DNA from: the human T2T-CHM13v2.0 reference genome, Homo sapiens | Length of the DNA: 64,000 bases | Assembly: GCF_009914755.1 (NCBI RefSeq) | Contig: NC_060931.1 | Strand: one strand, 5' to 3' | Notes under the pieces: generated by a model | Database searches by the model: none | What the model was told of the DNA's origin: nothing | What the model saw: the letters and a program-made list of their open reading frames with translations, nothing else | Program-made: the position numbers and the translations under genes | In this document: piece by piece, positions 17,101-30,073 of the stretch | Numbering within the stretch: position 1 is the first letter of the stretch | Layout of the letters: every line of letters starts with the position of its first letter

Positions 17101-20100
17101 GTAGCCTATCTTATTATATTTTTCAAAAAACAAACCCCTGGATTTATTGATCTTTTGAATGGTTTTTCATGTCTTGATCTTCAGTTCAGCTCTGATTTTG
17201 GTTATTTCTCATCTTCTGCTAGCTTTGGTGTTGGTTTGCTCTTGCTTCTCTAGTTCTTTCAGTTGTGTTGTTAAGTTGTTAATTTGAGATCTTTCTAACT
17301 TTTTGATGTGGGTGTTTATGGCTACAAATTTCTCTCTTAACACTGCCTTAACTGTGTCCCAGAGATTCTGGTATGTTGCATCTTTGTTCTCTTTAGTTTC
17401 AAAGAACTTCTCAATTTCTGCCTTAATTTCATTATTTCCTTAAAAGTCATTCAGCACATTGTTTAATTTCCATGTAATTGTATGGTTTCTATGTAATTAT
17501 GTGGTTTTATTGACCTGGGGTCTGAGAGTTGTGTTTGGGATGATTTTGATTCTTTTGCATTTGCTGAGGATTGTTTTATGTTTGATTGTGTGCTTGGTTT
17601 TAGAGTATGTGCCATGTGGCAATAAGGAGAATTGTATATTCTGTTGTTTTCTCCTTTGCTTATGAAGCTTATCCAGTTTGGTTGGATAGAAAATTCTTGG
17701 TTGAAGATTTTTTCTTTAAGAATGTTGAATATAGGCCCCCCAATCTCTTCTGGCTTATAGGGTTACTGCTAGCATGTCTACTGTTAGCTTGATAGGGTTC
17801 TTTTTGTAGGTGACCTGCCCTTTCTGTATAGCTGCCTTTAATATTCTTTCATTTCAACCTTTGAAAATCTGATGATTATGTGTCTTGGGGATTATCTTCT
17901 TGTGTAGAATCTTTCAGGGGTCCTTTGTATTTCCTGAATTTGACTGTTGGCCTCTCTAGCAAGGTTGGGGAAGTTTTCATGGATGACACCCTGAAATATG
18001 TTTTGCAAGTTGTTTGCTTTCACCCTATCCCTTTTAGGGATGCCAGTCGTTTGTAGATTTGGCCTCTTTACATAGTCCCATATTTCTCGGAGGTTTTGTT
18101 CATTCCATTGTATTCTTTTTAAATAATTTTGTTTGACTGTCTTATTTCAGGGAGGCAGTCTTCAGGTTCTGAGAGTCTTTCCTCAGCTTGGTCTATTCTG
18201 CTGTTAACAGTTGTAATTGCATTACAAAACCTTGTGGTGTGTTTTTCAGCTCTATCAGATCAGTTAGGTTCTTTTTCATTCTGGCTATTTCATCTGTTGC
18301 TCCTGTGTCATTTTATTGTGATTCTTAGTGTCCTTGGATTGGGTTTTGGCATTCTCTTGAATCTCAATGATCTTCATTCCTATCCATATTCTGAATTCTA
18401 TTTCTGTCATTTCAGCAAACTTAGCCTGCAAGAACTCTTGTTGAAGAACTAGTGCAGTTGTTTGGAGGACAGATGACACTGGTCATTTGAGTTGATGGAG
18501 TTCTTGCATTGGTTCTTTCTCATCTCTGCATGTGGGTGTTCCTTTAACTGTGATGTAGATTGAGTACAGTAAGTAGACTCCTTTTCTGGGTGTTTTCACA
18601 AGGCCCAGGTTTTATGCAGGATCTTTATTTGAAGGTGACTTCTTGTTTCTGGTTTCAGAGGTGGGTATGTTAGTGAGGTGTTTTGGATGTTGAAGCTTTG
18701 GGGTGTGATCCAGTAGGTAGTGCTTAGGCATAGTAGGCAGACTCTTGCTTAGTCATGTAGCTTCCCTGTATTTCCTCACAGTTGCAGCTGTCCACCCTCT
18801 CAATGCTCTGGTAGTGTGGGTTCCTCTCCTGCTTGAGTTCTGGCTGTAGACTGCAACTTGGCAGTCCCAGGCTGCCCACCATAGCTCTGGGGTGATCTTG
18901 GGTTTTATGTTTCCTCCCAAACTTGGAGGCAGCAGAAGGGACCTTACTAATGGTTGTGGCCGAGGGTCTTTTGCTTGCTTCCTAGGGGCTCCACCCTAGA
19001 AAGATGCAGGTCAACTATCACTAAGTGCAATCAGCCTGGGATAAGGGGTCTGTGCTGTGGGTCCAAGCTGGGGGTTCCCTGCCTGGTGATGAAAAGGAGG
19101 GATGAGTCGGACCTATGGGAGATGAACTGGCCTCCTCTTGGGTTGATTATAGCTTATTGGAGGTGTGGAGAAGGTACTTAGGGTCTTTGTTCCTTTGTTA
19201 GTTCAAGGGTAGCAGGGGTAGTACCATTGCAGAGGCAGTGGTAGAGAGAGCCCTGGGGCTCCACCTCCAAGAAACACAGAGCCACTCTTACTGGGAGTGT
19301 TCAGCCAGTGGGGTGGGGAAGTTGCAGTCCTGGTATGAGTTTGGGGTTCCACTTATTGAGGGGTAGGGGATTGAGGGCTCACTGGGAGGAGAGACTGGTG
19401 TCCTCTCTGTATGGTGACTGTGGCATGCTGTAAGCTTAAGTGTACCCTTCAGGCTCTTTGTTTCTTCAGCAGACTGAGGGCAGCAGTGGGGATGGGGGTT
19501 CCCATGGAAGAGGGGATCAACTCCTTTCTGTATGGTGTGCTGGAGATGCCAGTGTAATGAAGGGGTCTTTGTTCCTTCCCCAGCCCAAGGACTATTAGGG
19601 TAGTACCACTACAATTGTAGTGGCAGAGGGGTTGTGGGTTGATTTTGGGATTTGGAGAATCCCCGAGAATTGCTGGAGATTGGAGAAATGCTGGGCTGTC
19701 TCTGATTCTGGTGACCAGGCATGGGCAGGGTGGTTGTGCTGGAGTCCCAGGTTGGGTGGCCCTGCCCAGTGAGGAGAAGTGAGGACCAGAATCTGTGTGG
19801 ACAACAGTCTGGCCACTTTTCTGTGAGATAGTTGCTCTGTGTTTGGGCTCTGGAGCAGCCTCTGGTCCCATAGGGTCTCCAGAGCCTGGAGACAGATAGG
19901 GCAAGGGCTGGGAGACAGCAAAGATGACAACCCATCCTTCCCACTGGGAGCTCTGTCCAGGGAGTAGCATAGCTGCTGCTGGCTCAGTAGCCCTGGTTGG
20001 GGGTGGCTGGAGACCCAGGCCTGGAGGACTCATCCAGTGAGAAGATATGAGATCAGGGACACATGTAACTGTCTGGCCACTTTTCTATGGGGCTGCTGCA

Positions 20101-21162
20101 GTACGCTGGGGGTCTGCTGTAGTCCCTAGTCATCTTGGATTTTCCATTACCTGAAGGTACCAGTGAAGGCTGTGAAACAGCAAAGATGGCAGCCTATCCT
20201 TCCTTCTTGGAGCACTGTCCCAGGGAGGTATGGACCTGAGCTGATCTGAATGCACCTGCAGAAGGTGGTTGGAGATCCCAAGTGGGAGATCCTGCCCAGT
20301 GAGGAGGAACGGGATCAGGGACCTATGTGAAAAAGCAGTCTAGCCACTTTTTCATAGAGCAGCTGTGCTGTGCTGGGGGTTTGCTCCAGCCCCCAGTTGC
20401 CTCGGGCTCTCCAGAGCCTAGAGGAAAGAATGGCTAAGGCTGCTAAACAGCAAAGACGGCAGGTCGCCTCTCCCCCTGGGAGCTCCGTCCCAGGGAGGTT
20501 TGAAACCTCTGTTGGCTGGAGCACACTGGCAGAAGTGGCTGGAGATCCTGGTCAGGAGATCCTGCCCAGAAGAAATGGGAATGAGGACGCATTTACAAAA
20601 ATAGTCTGGCTACTTTTTGAAGAGCAGCTGTGCTGTGCTTGGGGTCTGCTCCAGCCCCCAGTCGCCTCAGGCTTTCCAAAGCCTGAAGGCAAGGATGGCT
20701 AAGACTGCCAAACAGCAAAGAAGATGGCCCACCACTCTGTGGAAGCCGCGTCCCAGGGAGGCATAAAACCTCCGTTGGCTGGAAAATACTAGCATGGGTG
20801 ACAGGAGATCCCAGGTGGAGATTCAAGAGAAATGGGATTTGGGATCTGTGTGAATAAGCAGTCTTACTGCTTCTCCATAGAGCTGCTGGACTGTGCTGGG
20901 GTATCGCCCCAGTACCTAGTTGCCTCGAACTACTACTTCCCTGGGTGGAGGAGGTTCCCCTGGCTCTGTGTTGCTCCTGGGAGGGCAGTTGTCCTGCCTT
21001 GCTTTTCTCCGTTCTCCATGGGTCAAGTTGTTTCCTTGGTGAGTCCCAATGTGAGTACCTGGATGTTTCTGTTGAAGGTGCTGTATTTACTTATCCCTTC
21101 CATTTCTCTCTGTAAGAGCAGTGCAGACTAGTTGCTTTTAGTTGGCCATCTTGGCCAACCCT
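14188..21162 (-). mobile_element. Near-full-length older L1PA (L1PA13-16-like) with long repetitive 5'UTR and internal deletion
   Basis: Disrupted ORF2 peptides (16186-16551, 16025-16261, 14432-14806), ORF1 peptide 18285-18479, 5' end ccaagatggc on the minus strand, diverged TSD ctggaaaaattact (14174-14187) / ctggcaaaattagt (21163-21176). Confidence 0.93.
19740..20930. repeat. ~265-bp diverged tandem monomers (about 4.5 copies) in L1 5'UTR
   Basis: gtctggccactttt-like anchor at 19807, 20071, 20338, 20604, 20861; acagcaaaga and ccagggag motifs recur with the same period. Confidence 0.9.
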
Positions 21163-22047
21163 CTGGCAAAATTAGTTTTGAACAGTGCTTTTGTCCATGA
21201 TTTGCAACTCTGATTTTAGTGTCACCTCTCTAATGACCCTTGAAATTTTAAAGATGTTGTTATATTTATGCCTGAAATATAATTGAAATTTTTTTGGCAC
21301 CATAATTCCAACAATTTAAGTTTTGTAGGTGAAAGTGTCCTTTTGTGTCAGATCTGGAATGACTCTTTTAATCCAGTGGATCATGTGTCCTAAGCGTGTC
21401 CAAGGTCTTTATTGGCATTGCCACAAAACATAACCTTAAAAAACTGTTTAACCACATTCCACTCCTTTTACACTTTTTATTTCTTAATTTCAAATTATGT
21501 TTTGTCTGTTGTCCATTCACTTGGGAGTCTGATTCTGGCACCTAATATATTAACTGTCCACCCCAGGTTCATGATACCCACAGCAGTACCCATGAAAGAA
21601 TTGTGTGTGTAGCTTGATAAACTTCCTCTATTGGGTAGCTCCATACTCTGTTTTAATAGATCTTTTTTCTTGACTACTACTAATAACTTCATCAGCATGG
21701 TGTATACCATAAGTTCTCAGCATTTTCTGCAACCCTTCAATCATCCCCTTACCTTCTCCAAAAAAAAAGCCCATGTGCTATATGGCACATATTGTATGTC
21801 CTATGTGACATGAATGATAATGAGCTTAATTAGGAAAAACATATCTCTGCTATTGCTTTAACTAGGTAAATGCATTTTCTCTTAATAAACTCCTTAGGGA
21901 GACTCAATTCTTAATGCTACAAGAATCTATGCTATAGGAAAGCTGTAGAGGAATACATTTTTAGAAAGGAGAGCATTTTCTAGACATTTATGTTAGAGTC
22001 ACATGTTGATCTGGCCTCTATATCCTCCTTTTCAGACCCGGGAGGTG

Positions 22048-22950
22048 AATTCATTCATTCATTTATTCAGTAAATATTTATGGAGGATCTGCTCTGTGTT
22101 AGAAAATGTTCTTGACACTGGTTATTTGTTAATAACAAAGACTCCATCCTCATGGGTTTACATTCTAGTGGATGAGACAGGCTATGAACAGATAAATGTT
22201 ATATATCAGGAGATAATACATGCAATGAAGAAACATAAAGAAGGTAAGAAGGAAAGGAAGTTCTGGATTCAGGGCTTACTATTTTATATAGGATAGGGAA
22301 GGCTGCTATATAAGATGATATTTGTCCAGACATCTAAAAGATGTGAAAGAATAAGCTACATGGATATTACTGGAAAAAGTTTTCTGGGCAGAAGAGAAAC
22401 ATATACAAAGAACTTGAGCTTGGGACAGGCTTGGTACATTTAAGCCTTTTTAGCTGGAGCTGAGCAAAGTAGGCAAAAGGGAAAATAGAAGGAGATGAGT
22501 CAGAGAGGTAGTGAGAGGTAGGATGTACGGTCCTCTAAGGCATTGGTCTTCAAACGTTAGCCCTCATTTGAGTCATCTGAAGGGCTTGTTTATAATTCGG
22601 TAGATGGGGAGTAGGGCCTGAGAACATTTCTAGCAAACTCTTAGGTGTTATGGATGATGCAGTTGTAGGGCATTTGAGGTCATGGGAAATACTTGGGCTT
22701 TTATTGACCAATATGAGAACCAAGGGATGGGAGAGAGTGAAGGAGTGACTTGCATTTTAAAAGCACAACTGTGGTTATTGTATGGCAAATAGAAGTAGGA
22801 GACCAGGGTAGAAGGAGGGTGTCCAAGTAGTAAGCTGTCATAATAATCAGATGAGAAGAGATAGTGGCTTTGTCCAGGATGGCAGCTATAGAAATTGGGA
22901 AAATAAATGTGGTTGAATTTTGGAAACATTTGAAATAAAACCCACTCCAT
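22048..22950 (-). mobile_element. L2 3' part, interrupted by a MER5-like fragment (~22540-22660)
   Basis: attcattcattcatttattcagtaaatatttatggag is the antisense L2 tail. Confidence 0.75.
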
Positions 22951-25664
22951 TTGAAGAAAATGGGGTTTTCTTTACATCCCTTGGTGAATATAATTAAGTA
23001 ATGGCATGAAGAGCCTTTGCTCTACTGTCCCTGGTGATTGGCTCATATTTGGCCCTTACTACATGACTGAAGTTGAAATCTTAATTTTGTGCATATTTTA
23101 CATACACTAATATATGTGAACAGAATGTCTCAGAATAATTGAACTCCTGTGATAGGTTGTAAGTATGTACTTTTAAAATGCCAGGCATAGGTTCTAGATT
23201 TTTATTATGTTTCACCTTTGTTAAATTGATTTAATGTATGTCACATTATGAGATTATTACTGTCAACTCCAAATTTCATTAAATCACTCATATCACAATA
23301 GAAGACATTGACAAAAGGCTGGTTGTGCTTTCTGTCTTTTATAGGATTCCTGGAAAATGTCATTATAGTTATGTCTTTTTGCTAAATGGTATTTGTAAGA
23401 ACTGCTTAACATTTATAGGTGAGACATCAACCCCCTCCCATCCCATGCTTGTCAATCCTGATGCTTTTGCTCCAGAAATCCTCATTTCTACACTGTGATC
23501 TCAGACTTTGTTTTCCTATCGGCATATCCTGGTGAGACAATGTCAGCTTGTCTTGTGCCACACTTTGAACCACAGCTATTGTTGTCTTTAAATGGTAACC
23601 CAGAGTGAGAGGTCATTCCATCGTACTTTGCCACCAACTCAAATGCTTAGTGCATTTCAAATCATGGCTTGTTAGAGCCAAAAACCTTTATAAATTGCCT
23701 TGTTTATTATCTCATCTTACAGATACGGAAAATGAGCCTAGAATAGCTTTAAAAAACTTATTTTTGTATTTTTGTTTTTTTTACTATTATGAGAGACAAG
23801 AATGTGTGCTTTAAAAAAGTCTTTACCAGGGGTTGAATAGTAGATACTTTAACAAGACATTTTATCAAAATATCATGGTCGTCATTCTGAGGTCAAAGTT
23901 ATAGTGTTAACAATATGGTGTGAAATGATCTTGGGAGCAATAATGTGAAGGGGGCAGCTAAGAGATGTGTCTCTTGCAAGTGGATGTGCCTCCATCTTAA
24001 CCTGAACAGCAGGCATACTGAAAAGAGGAGAAAATGGTTCCTTGTTTCCTCTTGGAGGTCATATCAGTCTTTTGGCTACTCAGAATTGTTTTTGAAGGGC
24101 TATCCTATTAATAACTGTGATAAATCTCTGGCGGGATAAAAACAGATTAGTAACTCTATAACGTAAAGCAAAAAATCATGTGTAACTATGTATTTCTCCA
24201 GCGAGCCACTGACCCTTAAGCTCACATCATGCCTTAAAGCAGTTGATACACGCTCTTTTTTTAGTCCCCAGCCAAGCACTGATTTCATTTTGTCATATGT
24301 TTCTAAGCCTCCAGAGGTGCCTGCTTAAAAGGCAATCCAGGGGATGCTCCTAGAACAAGGTGAAAATTGGTTCTGGGAGAGAAAACCACAGATATTCTCT
24401 ACAATGGAGGAGTGAGGAGAGCAAAGGGATTCTCTGAGGGCTTCTTGAAGATGGAATCCAAGTTTGCTTTCCAAACTGAGATATTAGAGGAGAGGTGAGG
24501 TAGAATGATAATTTTTTTCAGTATCTGAGACCTCAATTCCTGGCTTTTTATTTCATAAACCCACATTTCTTGGTAAAGGTTTAACTTCCTTTCTAGAATA
24601 ATCCTTTCCACATTTCCAGCTGCTTATTGTCTTGGCAATGTGGACCTCTGCTGTGCACTTCATAGGACCCTTACGGGCTTGCTTCACTTCTAGGTAGGGA
24701 TGTCTGAGGCAATCTCTACCATTTGGCCTTGAAGTTTGTGAACAATTTTGCATGTTTTCATGTGAGTTATTTATGAGAAATGTTGCTTAAGGAAAAGTAT
24801 GTCACTATATAATATACTTGGGAGAATATTTTTTAAAAAATCAAATTTTCTGTACTCCGGAAGAATTAGTTTAAGGGGGTGGAGTCCAGGGGTATGAACG
24901 GATAATTCTGGACAATGGACATCTAACTACAATGGAGAGAAGAGGTTAGTTAGGGCTTCTTCTGACAAATAACCCTAGTCGCATTGGAGTATTTACTATT
25001 CTCTGAACATATGTGCAGTCTCTCTCCTGTCCCACTAAACCCATCAACTGCCCCATATCTCTACATCTTAACAATAACTTTTCTTAAAGGCTCTATAAAA
25101 ATTGCTCCTTGAAATCTGTCCTTTTTCATTTAAAATGCTATTTCTTTTATGCAGTGGCAGAAATGTACTTAGGCCTCTATTTACAGCCTTTATTTCATTC
25201 TGCCCTTTGTAATGCTTAGTTGTTTACATGCTTGTCTGCACCACTGGGTTATAGGCTTGTTGAACCCAAATACATTCTCTCCTATCTCCCTACCATGTGA
25301 CACCTGATACAGTGACTACTAACACTGGTCCCTTCATTACCTGTTTGCTAAATAAATGAATGTAGTGGGTGAGAGTTTCCTCCTGATTATCAGTAGAGAA
25401 GCATGAATGAAGCACACAGCTTGAATGAAGCTTGTATCTTATCCAGGTTTCCAGGTTTACATATCTAGGATCAAAGATGGGCACAAAATGAAACAATCTT
25501 GTTTTCATTTAAATACTATTTTGATATTTTCAGTTTGCATATCTGTTTTGTTTTAGTACATCTAAAAACACATGGTTTGGTCTTGTTTCTATGTGGGGTT
25601 TTAAAAGAAAAAAAGGCCCAACGAAAAAAAAAGTTTACTTACAGCCCCTACCCCCAACACCCCC

Positions 25665-25665
<1 letters not shown>

Positions 25666-25713
<48 letters not shown>
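25666..25713. repeat. (CA)n microsatellite, ~24 units
   Basis: Direct read. Confidence 0.98.
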
Positions 25714-25720
<7 letters not shown>

Positions 25721-25934
25721 TACATCACCACCATCAAATAATAATCATGGTGCAGTGAACAAAGGCAGTTTCTGGTTTTGGAATATGACTGAGGCATCTG
25801 GATAAAAGTCCGAATTTAATAGCAACCGTGCATATTATGTTATATTTTATAAATTTGTAAGTATATAAATAAGCAAGAAATTATTTATAATCACAAGGTT
25901 TTGAAATTCTTTATTCTTCTCTAAAGGATCCAAT

Positions 25935-26066
25935 TTCTTCTTCTCCCCTCTCTCCTCCTCCCATTCCTCCTTCCTGTCCTCCTCATACTCCTTCTTTTTG
26001 TTAGTCAGTTTCATTGCCTTCCTTCTCTTCTTTGTCGTATTTTCTTTCTCCTCTTCCACCTCCTCA
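25935..26066. repeat. CT-rich low-complexity tract
   Basis: Direct read; source of the E/K-rich chance ORF 25847-26059. Confidence 0.8.
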
Positions 26067-26294
26067 CTTAGCAGTCTGTCAACTTGGTATAGATTTTTTT
26101 GCCCTTTTCACTGAAGTTATGAAGTCCCTAGTAACTAAAAAGTAAAGTTTCTTAGGGTAAAAGATAGGTTAGCAAGAGGGACATTTTTAAGACAGAATAA
26201 ATGTATTCTGTTAATAACAGCACATCAAAATAAATAACTCAGAGGACAAAATGTTAAATAGTAAAAATTTTCCAGATTTATGTCCTACTGATAA

Positions 26295-26693
26295 TGTAGG
26301 GGTTAATTTTATATGTTAACTGGGCTAGTCTATAGTACCCACTAATTTAATCAAACATTAGTCTAGGTATTGCCGTGAAGATATTTTGTAGATGTGGTTA
26401 ACACTTTCAGTCAGTTGGCTTTTAAAAAACGAGGTTACACTTGATAGTGTGAATGGGCCTCATTTAGTCATTTGAAGGCCATAAAAGTAAAGACCAAAGT
26501 ATTCAAAAGAGAAAGACATTTTGCCTTAAGACTGCAATACCAACATTTGCCTGAGTTTCCAGGCTGCTGGCTTGCTCTATGAGTTTTGGACTTGCCAGGC
26601 CCCATAATTGCTTGAGCCAATTCTTTAAAATAAATCTCCTTACGTATGTATATCCTATGTGTTCTGTTTCTCTGGAGAACGCTGACTGATACA
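26295..26693 (+). mobile_element. MLT2 (MLT2D-like) ERVL solo LTR
   Basis: tgtaggggttaattttatatgttaactgggct ... aataaa ... ttctgtttctctggagaacgctgactgataca. Confidence 0.88.
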
Positions 26694-26929
26694 GAAAGGA
26701 ATACTTATTACACTAATAAATGGTGAAAGCAATACTTGCTGAAATGTTCTTAAAGTCACTTTAAGGATGCTTTATTTGGTAGTTAATAGACATCAATTGC
26801 TGTATCTATCAATGGCTGGGAGAAAAGTAGACAGTACCTGTGTTGTTCAAATAGACTGTGGCTGCCTTCGCAGTTACTTGCTAGCCTACCATAATGGTTT
26901 ATAAAGTCTAAATAAGAATGAACTGTTCT

Positions 26930-27173
26930 GGCTGGGCGCCTTGCCTCACGCCTGTAATCCCAGCACTTTGGGAGGCCAAGGCAGTTGGATCACTTGAGGT
27001 CAGGAGTTTGAGACCAGCCTGGCCAATATGGTGAAACCCTGTCTCCCTGTAATCACAGCTACTCAGGAGGCTGTGGTAGGAGAATCAGTTGAACCCAGGT
27101 GGTGGAGGTTGCAGTGAGCTGAGATTGTGCCACTGCACTCCAGCTTAGGTGACAGAGCGACTCTGTCTCAAAA

Positions 27174-27202
<29 letters not shown>
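26930..27202 (+). mobile_element. AluS (Sz/Sx-like) lacking the A-rich linker and start of right arm
   Basis: ggatcacttgaggtcaggagtttgag; junction ccctgtctc|cctgtaatc at 27045/27046; TSD aactgttct on both sides. Confidence 0.93.
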
Positions 27203-27204
<2 letters not shown>

Positions 27205-28044
27205 CTGTTCTGGAATGGATTACATTCCTCTTAAGAGTAATATATATTATAAATACCATTTTTATATGCTAAGAGAATCCAGTAACCATAACCAAATAAA
27301 TGAGCATATTCAGAAGGAAATCTTCATTTTATGGAAAATTGTGTTTAGACATATGATGTTGAGTTGCAATTTAAAGCACATTCTTTCACCTTCATAGAAA
27401 TCATGTTGTGTATTAGGTTAAAAACAACCAAAATTTATTATATAAGCTGCCCAAAATATACTCTGGGAAAGCTATTTTAGAAATTATGATTTCTGTGTAA
27501 TGATATATTTTTAATGAAACAACAAATTTCTACTTTGGAATACCAGGGATATATTTTTCCTGCTGCAGCTCTAGCAGAAGGATCTAGGAATTATTCACTT
27601 TGACTGGCTTGGCAGCCAAAGGGAGAAATAATTTTTCCAGTTTAAGTCACTAGTGATGAGGCCTGGATCAGAGACCCCAGCATCTTGTGTTTATAGTTTT
27701 TATTTGAAACTTATTTGTATGATGTGTATATAGATCTTAATTGATTATAGAGTACTTACTTTAAGCCAAGCATTGTGAGACACTGAAGGTAAAAAGGTAA
27801 GAAAGACTTAAAATGTCTAGTAGTTTTCTAGTCAAACATACCATTGCTCCTTCCCTCAAAGAAATAGAATTCAATGTGGTAAGCATTAAAGAGGAGATAC
27901 AGATAAGGTGCAATGGAGATATAGCAGCAAGAGCTCTTAAACCAGCATGACTGGAACACAGAGTTGCATTAAGGACAATGGCAAGGACAAGATTATGAAG
28001 GGTCTCTCATGCTCCATAGAGGAGTTAAAACTTTAATAAGAAAC

Positions 28045-28593
28045 TGATGCTTTGCTTGTCCAATACCCTTTATTCTCCTCAGAGATATACTTACCTCCTT
28101 TCAGAGAATTATTCCTCTTGCATCTTTAGCCATGGGCATTCAATGGGATGACATCCTTCTGACTACAGGGACTGGTGGATGAGTAGACTTTTGTTATGAG
28201 CTGGGGCAATCATTTTCCCAGCTCCTCTTTTATAGTGATTTTTCCAAGGATGGGATTATGGTCCAGACTAGAATTTTTCTAATTATATTTTGATGATGAA
28301 TATTCTTTCCTTGTTAGTCAGAGGCTGTTAGGATGTGAGCCAGGATTTTTAGCTACCAGTCAATTGCCTTTAGGAAAAGCTTGTTTTAGAGAAGGAAGTG
28401 ACCTAAAGAGAGAAGTGGAAACAAGAGATGGAAAAATAATGTTTTGACAGTGTTTGAGAGCTTTCTTTTTGGTATCTAAAAACAAACTCTATCCTTCTGC
28501 CCCATAGTTTATTTACAAACTCATGTGTGGTTATTTTTTAAGCTAATTTGAGTTGGGTTTCTCCTATTTGCAACTGAAGACTCTGGATTAACA
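28045..28593. mobile_element. Old MaLR LTR (MLT1K/L-like) within L2 remnants
   Basis: ttaagctaatttgagttgggtttct...tttgcaactgaaga terminus. Confidence 0.65.
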
Positions 28594-28719
28594 TAAGTAC
28601 CTTGAAAGAATTTGGAACTGGACTCTGATGTGACCTCTGAATGTACTAGGAGATTAGGTTGTGACCAGTGGGACAATGGAATGAAAAGGGATAATCAGAG
28701 GCAGGGAGACAAGACAGTT

Positions 28720-28905
28720 CAGTGTTTCCCAAAGTGTGGTTGAATGGGTCACCAGGACTGGAATCTCCTGCAAATAGTGAAATAGTTTGTTAATAATGAA
28801 GATTCCAGGTAACTGAAAAACATTTCTGAGGATGGGACCTGATAAATCTTCATTTTAAACATGCACATAATGTAATTCTTATGTAAACAAACTTTTAGAA
28901 CCACT
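28720..28905. mobile_element. MER5-type hAT-Charlie MITE
   Basis: cagtgtttcccaaagtgtggt ... tttagaaccact terminal motifs. Confidence 0.65.
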
Positions 28906-28909
28906 AAGT

Positions 28910-29600
28910 TTGGAAGCTACTGTCGCTATGAGGTGAGAATTGAGGTCTCAATTCTAAACCAGGGGAGGGGGATCATAGAAAAGAGAGGTTAGAGAGATAT
29001 TTGGTTGGCAAAATACACAGAATTGGAAGGTTGTGCAGCAGGGCCATGGGAGTGAGAAGAGGCTAGGTTAATTCTCAGGTGTCTGGTTGCTTGGTAGATA
29101 ATAGTAGCATTACGTTAATAAATTGAAACCTAAAGAAAGGAGTGGATTTGAATATGGAAGAGAAGATTTGGATTTGGGCTTTTATTATGAGTTTAAAGTG
29201 TTTGTGAGGCATTTTAATAGTTTTCCAGCAGAGCTAACTATACAGTCTGATAGTTTAGGGGACAATTCTGGGTTAGAAAGACATATTTAGTAGTTATCAG
29301 AATATGAGAGGAAGGTACATCTATGGGCATGTCTGAATTACCCAAAGAATAATGAGTCAAGAGAAAAAGTCTGTGGTGGAGTCAAGGCCTGAAGACCACT
29401 GCTGTTAAAGACAGTGAGACCAGGGAGTAGGCTGTTGGAATACCTTATTTCAGAGGTATGAGGTTTCTGACTGATGATAAGGTTCACATTACAGTCTTGA
29501 AAGTGGAATATACAAGAGGAATGAAGGTAAAGGTACTGGCAGTTGAGCAGTTGAAGAGATTATGAGGATCTTCATTAATATTGATGTCCTTCTGGATAAA
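28910..29600 (-). mobile_element. Degraded L2 body
   Basis: Purine-rich antisense L2-like sequence (gagtttaaagtgtttgtgaggcat, atttagtagttatcag). Confidence 0.45.
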
Positions 29601-30073
29601 GGCTGGAAGTAATCTGGGTGATCCAGATGCCAACATCTGCAATGAATGTACAATAAATTTGAAATTATGGGGGAGAGGGAAAGATGGCTGACTAAATGCA
29701 GACAAATGGAACAGCTCCCACGGAGGGACTGAGAGGACTGGCATGCTATTAACAGATCTTCAGAAGGAAGGCACTGAGAGTAAACAGAGGGAAGACACAG
29801 AAGCTGGGCTATAGGGAAAGAAAACTGGGAACCCTGCATGGGGCTACCATGCACCGGGATTCATTTTTGGATCACAACATCTCCAGGAGAATGGGTGACT
29901 TTGGGTGACCTGTACTGGCAAGGAGCAACCTGCTATCATCATAGGCCTCTGGAACCCTGACAGGAGGTGACCCCTCAGCCACCACGGACACTCGAGGTAT
30001 CAGGAAGGGCTGCTTAGAGAAGTGGTAGGGGCACTAAAGTTGCCTCCCTGTGGGAGAGGCACCTACACCTCTC

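Noticed and set aside
19740-20930. Periodic repeats as a CRISPR-like array or satellite
   Set aside because: Eukaryotic context; units are homologous along their full length with no unique spacers and lie inside a TSD-bounded L1.
19449-21131. Cluster of 70-194-aa ORFs
   Set aside because: All lie in the GC-rich, stop-poor L1 5'UTR; they are not L1 ORF0 or host proteins as far as I can tell.
25847-26059. E/K-rich 70-aa ORF
   Set aside because: Translation of a low-complexity CT tract.
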